From: Narcine bancroftii
Lineage: Eukaryota
DNA length: 64,000 nt
Reading direction: 5' to 3'
NCBI RefSeq assembly: GCF_036971445.1
Contig: NC_091472.1
Location: 40,238,001 to 40,302,000 of the forward strand
Shown: one piece after another, positions 62,620-64,000 of the stretch
How the letters are laid out: each line of letters opens with the position of its first letter
Position numbering within the stretch: position 1 is the stretch's first letter
Notes under the pieces: generated by a model
Databases searched by the model: none
Seen by the model: the letters and a program-made list of their open reading frames with translations, nothing else
What the model was told of the DNA's origin: nothing
Program-made: the position numbers and the translations under genes

Positions 62620-64000
62620 TTCATTCGGAATGTTTGAAATGTGTCTATTTCAATGCAAGGAGTGTTAGGAATAAAGAAGATTAACTTAAAACGCTGATTA
62701 GCATGCGGAATTATGATGTGGCCATTACAGAGACTGGGTTGACACAAGGATAGGATTGGTTGACGGCAGGTATTGTGGTTTAAATACTTTAAAAGGGGTA
62801 GGAGAGCAGGTAAGGGGAGGGGGTAGCATGAGTGGTTAGGAATAGTTTGACTGCTGCAGAAAGGGAGGGTACTGTCGGTGGAAGTCAGAAGTAGGAAGGG
62901 TGAATTCACTGTATTTGGAAGTAGTCCATAGGCTCCCAAATAGCCCTTGGGACACTCAGGAACAGTCAAGTGGAAAGGTTTTGGAATAGTGCAGAAATCA
63001 CTGTTCAACTTCCCAAATATTAATTGGCACCTCCTGACTGCAAGAGGGGGCAGAACTTATCAGATGTGCCCAAGCAGGATTCCTAACACACAAGAAAGGC
63101 TGTACTGGATCTTGTACTGGATAATGAAACTGGGCCAGGTGACAGACGTCTCTGCAGGAGAACATTTTAATACTAATGATGAGTTTTAGTAATAGCTACG
63201 GACAAGGATAAAAGCAAACAAAATGGGAACAAATTTAATTGAGGGAGGGATGAGGGAGGAACGAGGCAGAGTAAAGTGGGAACAGATTTTCGCAGAAGAA
63301 AGCACAAAAGTAATGTGTAGCTTGTTTAGGGATCACTTACATGGGGTGATGAAAAGGTTTGTCTCATGGAGAGAGTGAAAAGATGGTAGGAAAATGGAAC
63401 CGTGGTGTAGAAAACAGGTAGGGCAGCTGGTTAAGAGGAGGAAGGATGAATACATTAGATCTATGAAGCAAAAGAGAATTATATGGAAGACAGAAAAGAG
63501 AGCTTGAGGAGGACTCAGAAGATCTTGGCAAGTAGGATTATGGAAAACTCTCAGGTGTTCTATGCATAAGTGAAGGTAGGGCCACTTGAGGATAAAGGAG
63601 GGAACATGCCAGGAGGCAGTGGAGGTTGGAGAGATCCTAGATGATTTTCTTCAATATTCACTAGAAAAAAGGACCTTGGTCAAGGTGAAGTCAGAATAGA
63701 GTAAGCTTTCATGTCGGAACATGTTGAGATTAAGAAAGAGGAAGCGCTGGATCTTCTTAAAAACATCAAGATTGCCAAGTCCTCAGGACCAAAGAAGATA
63801 GACCCTAGGATGCTATTTGAAAAGATTGCTGGGGCTTTGACAATCATCTTTGCATCCTTCCTGGCCATAGGGGATGTCCAGAGGAGGAAAAATGTGGTCC
63901 CCCTATTTAAAAAAAATTAATACAGAGAATTCTGGGAATTATCAACCAGTGAGTCTTCCATCAGTGGTGGGCAAAGCATCTAAGAGAATTTTTAAGGACA
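62620..64000 (+). mobile_element. Decayed CR1 ORF2 (EN to start of RT), runs off the window
   Basis: YFNARS, VAITETG, FNFPNINW, IAKSSGPKKIDPRML..NVVPLFKK, NYQPVSLPSVVGK. Confidence 0.8.

Overview
Repeat-rich vertebrate DNA, most likely from a cartilaginous fish (shark or ray), inferred from the mix of CR1-type LINEs, tRNA/V-core SINEs and Penelope remnants. The only recognisable host gene is the 3' end of EPAS1 (HIF-2alpha) on the + strand: three coding exons at 7109-7226, 9915-10047 and 10522-10673, plus a ~1.5 kb 3' UTR. The ORF track misses the last exon. Most of the rest is nested transposons: a decayed pogo/Tigger-type element in an EPAS1 intron, a full-length decayed CsRn1-clade Gypsy element (52219-56611), other Gypsy fragments, a solo LTR, CR1, Rex1/Babar, L1/Tx1 and RTE LINE pieces, SINEs, MITEs and Penelope remnants with hammerhead-ribozyme motifs. 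Most notable observations: (1) this HIF-2alpha has a HIF-1alpha-like FIH site (CEVNAP) and appears to lack the mammalian penultimate exon; (2) fold-back Penelope-derived elements carry a minimal hammerhead; (3) the Gypsy element preserves a reconstructable -1 frameshift signal; (4) a young RTE has a 5' inversion; (5) a chain of orphan exon-like segments lies downstream of EPAS1. Family calls come from motif recognition by eye, not database searches, and boundaries of decayed repeats are approximate.
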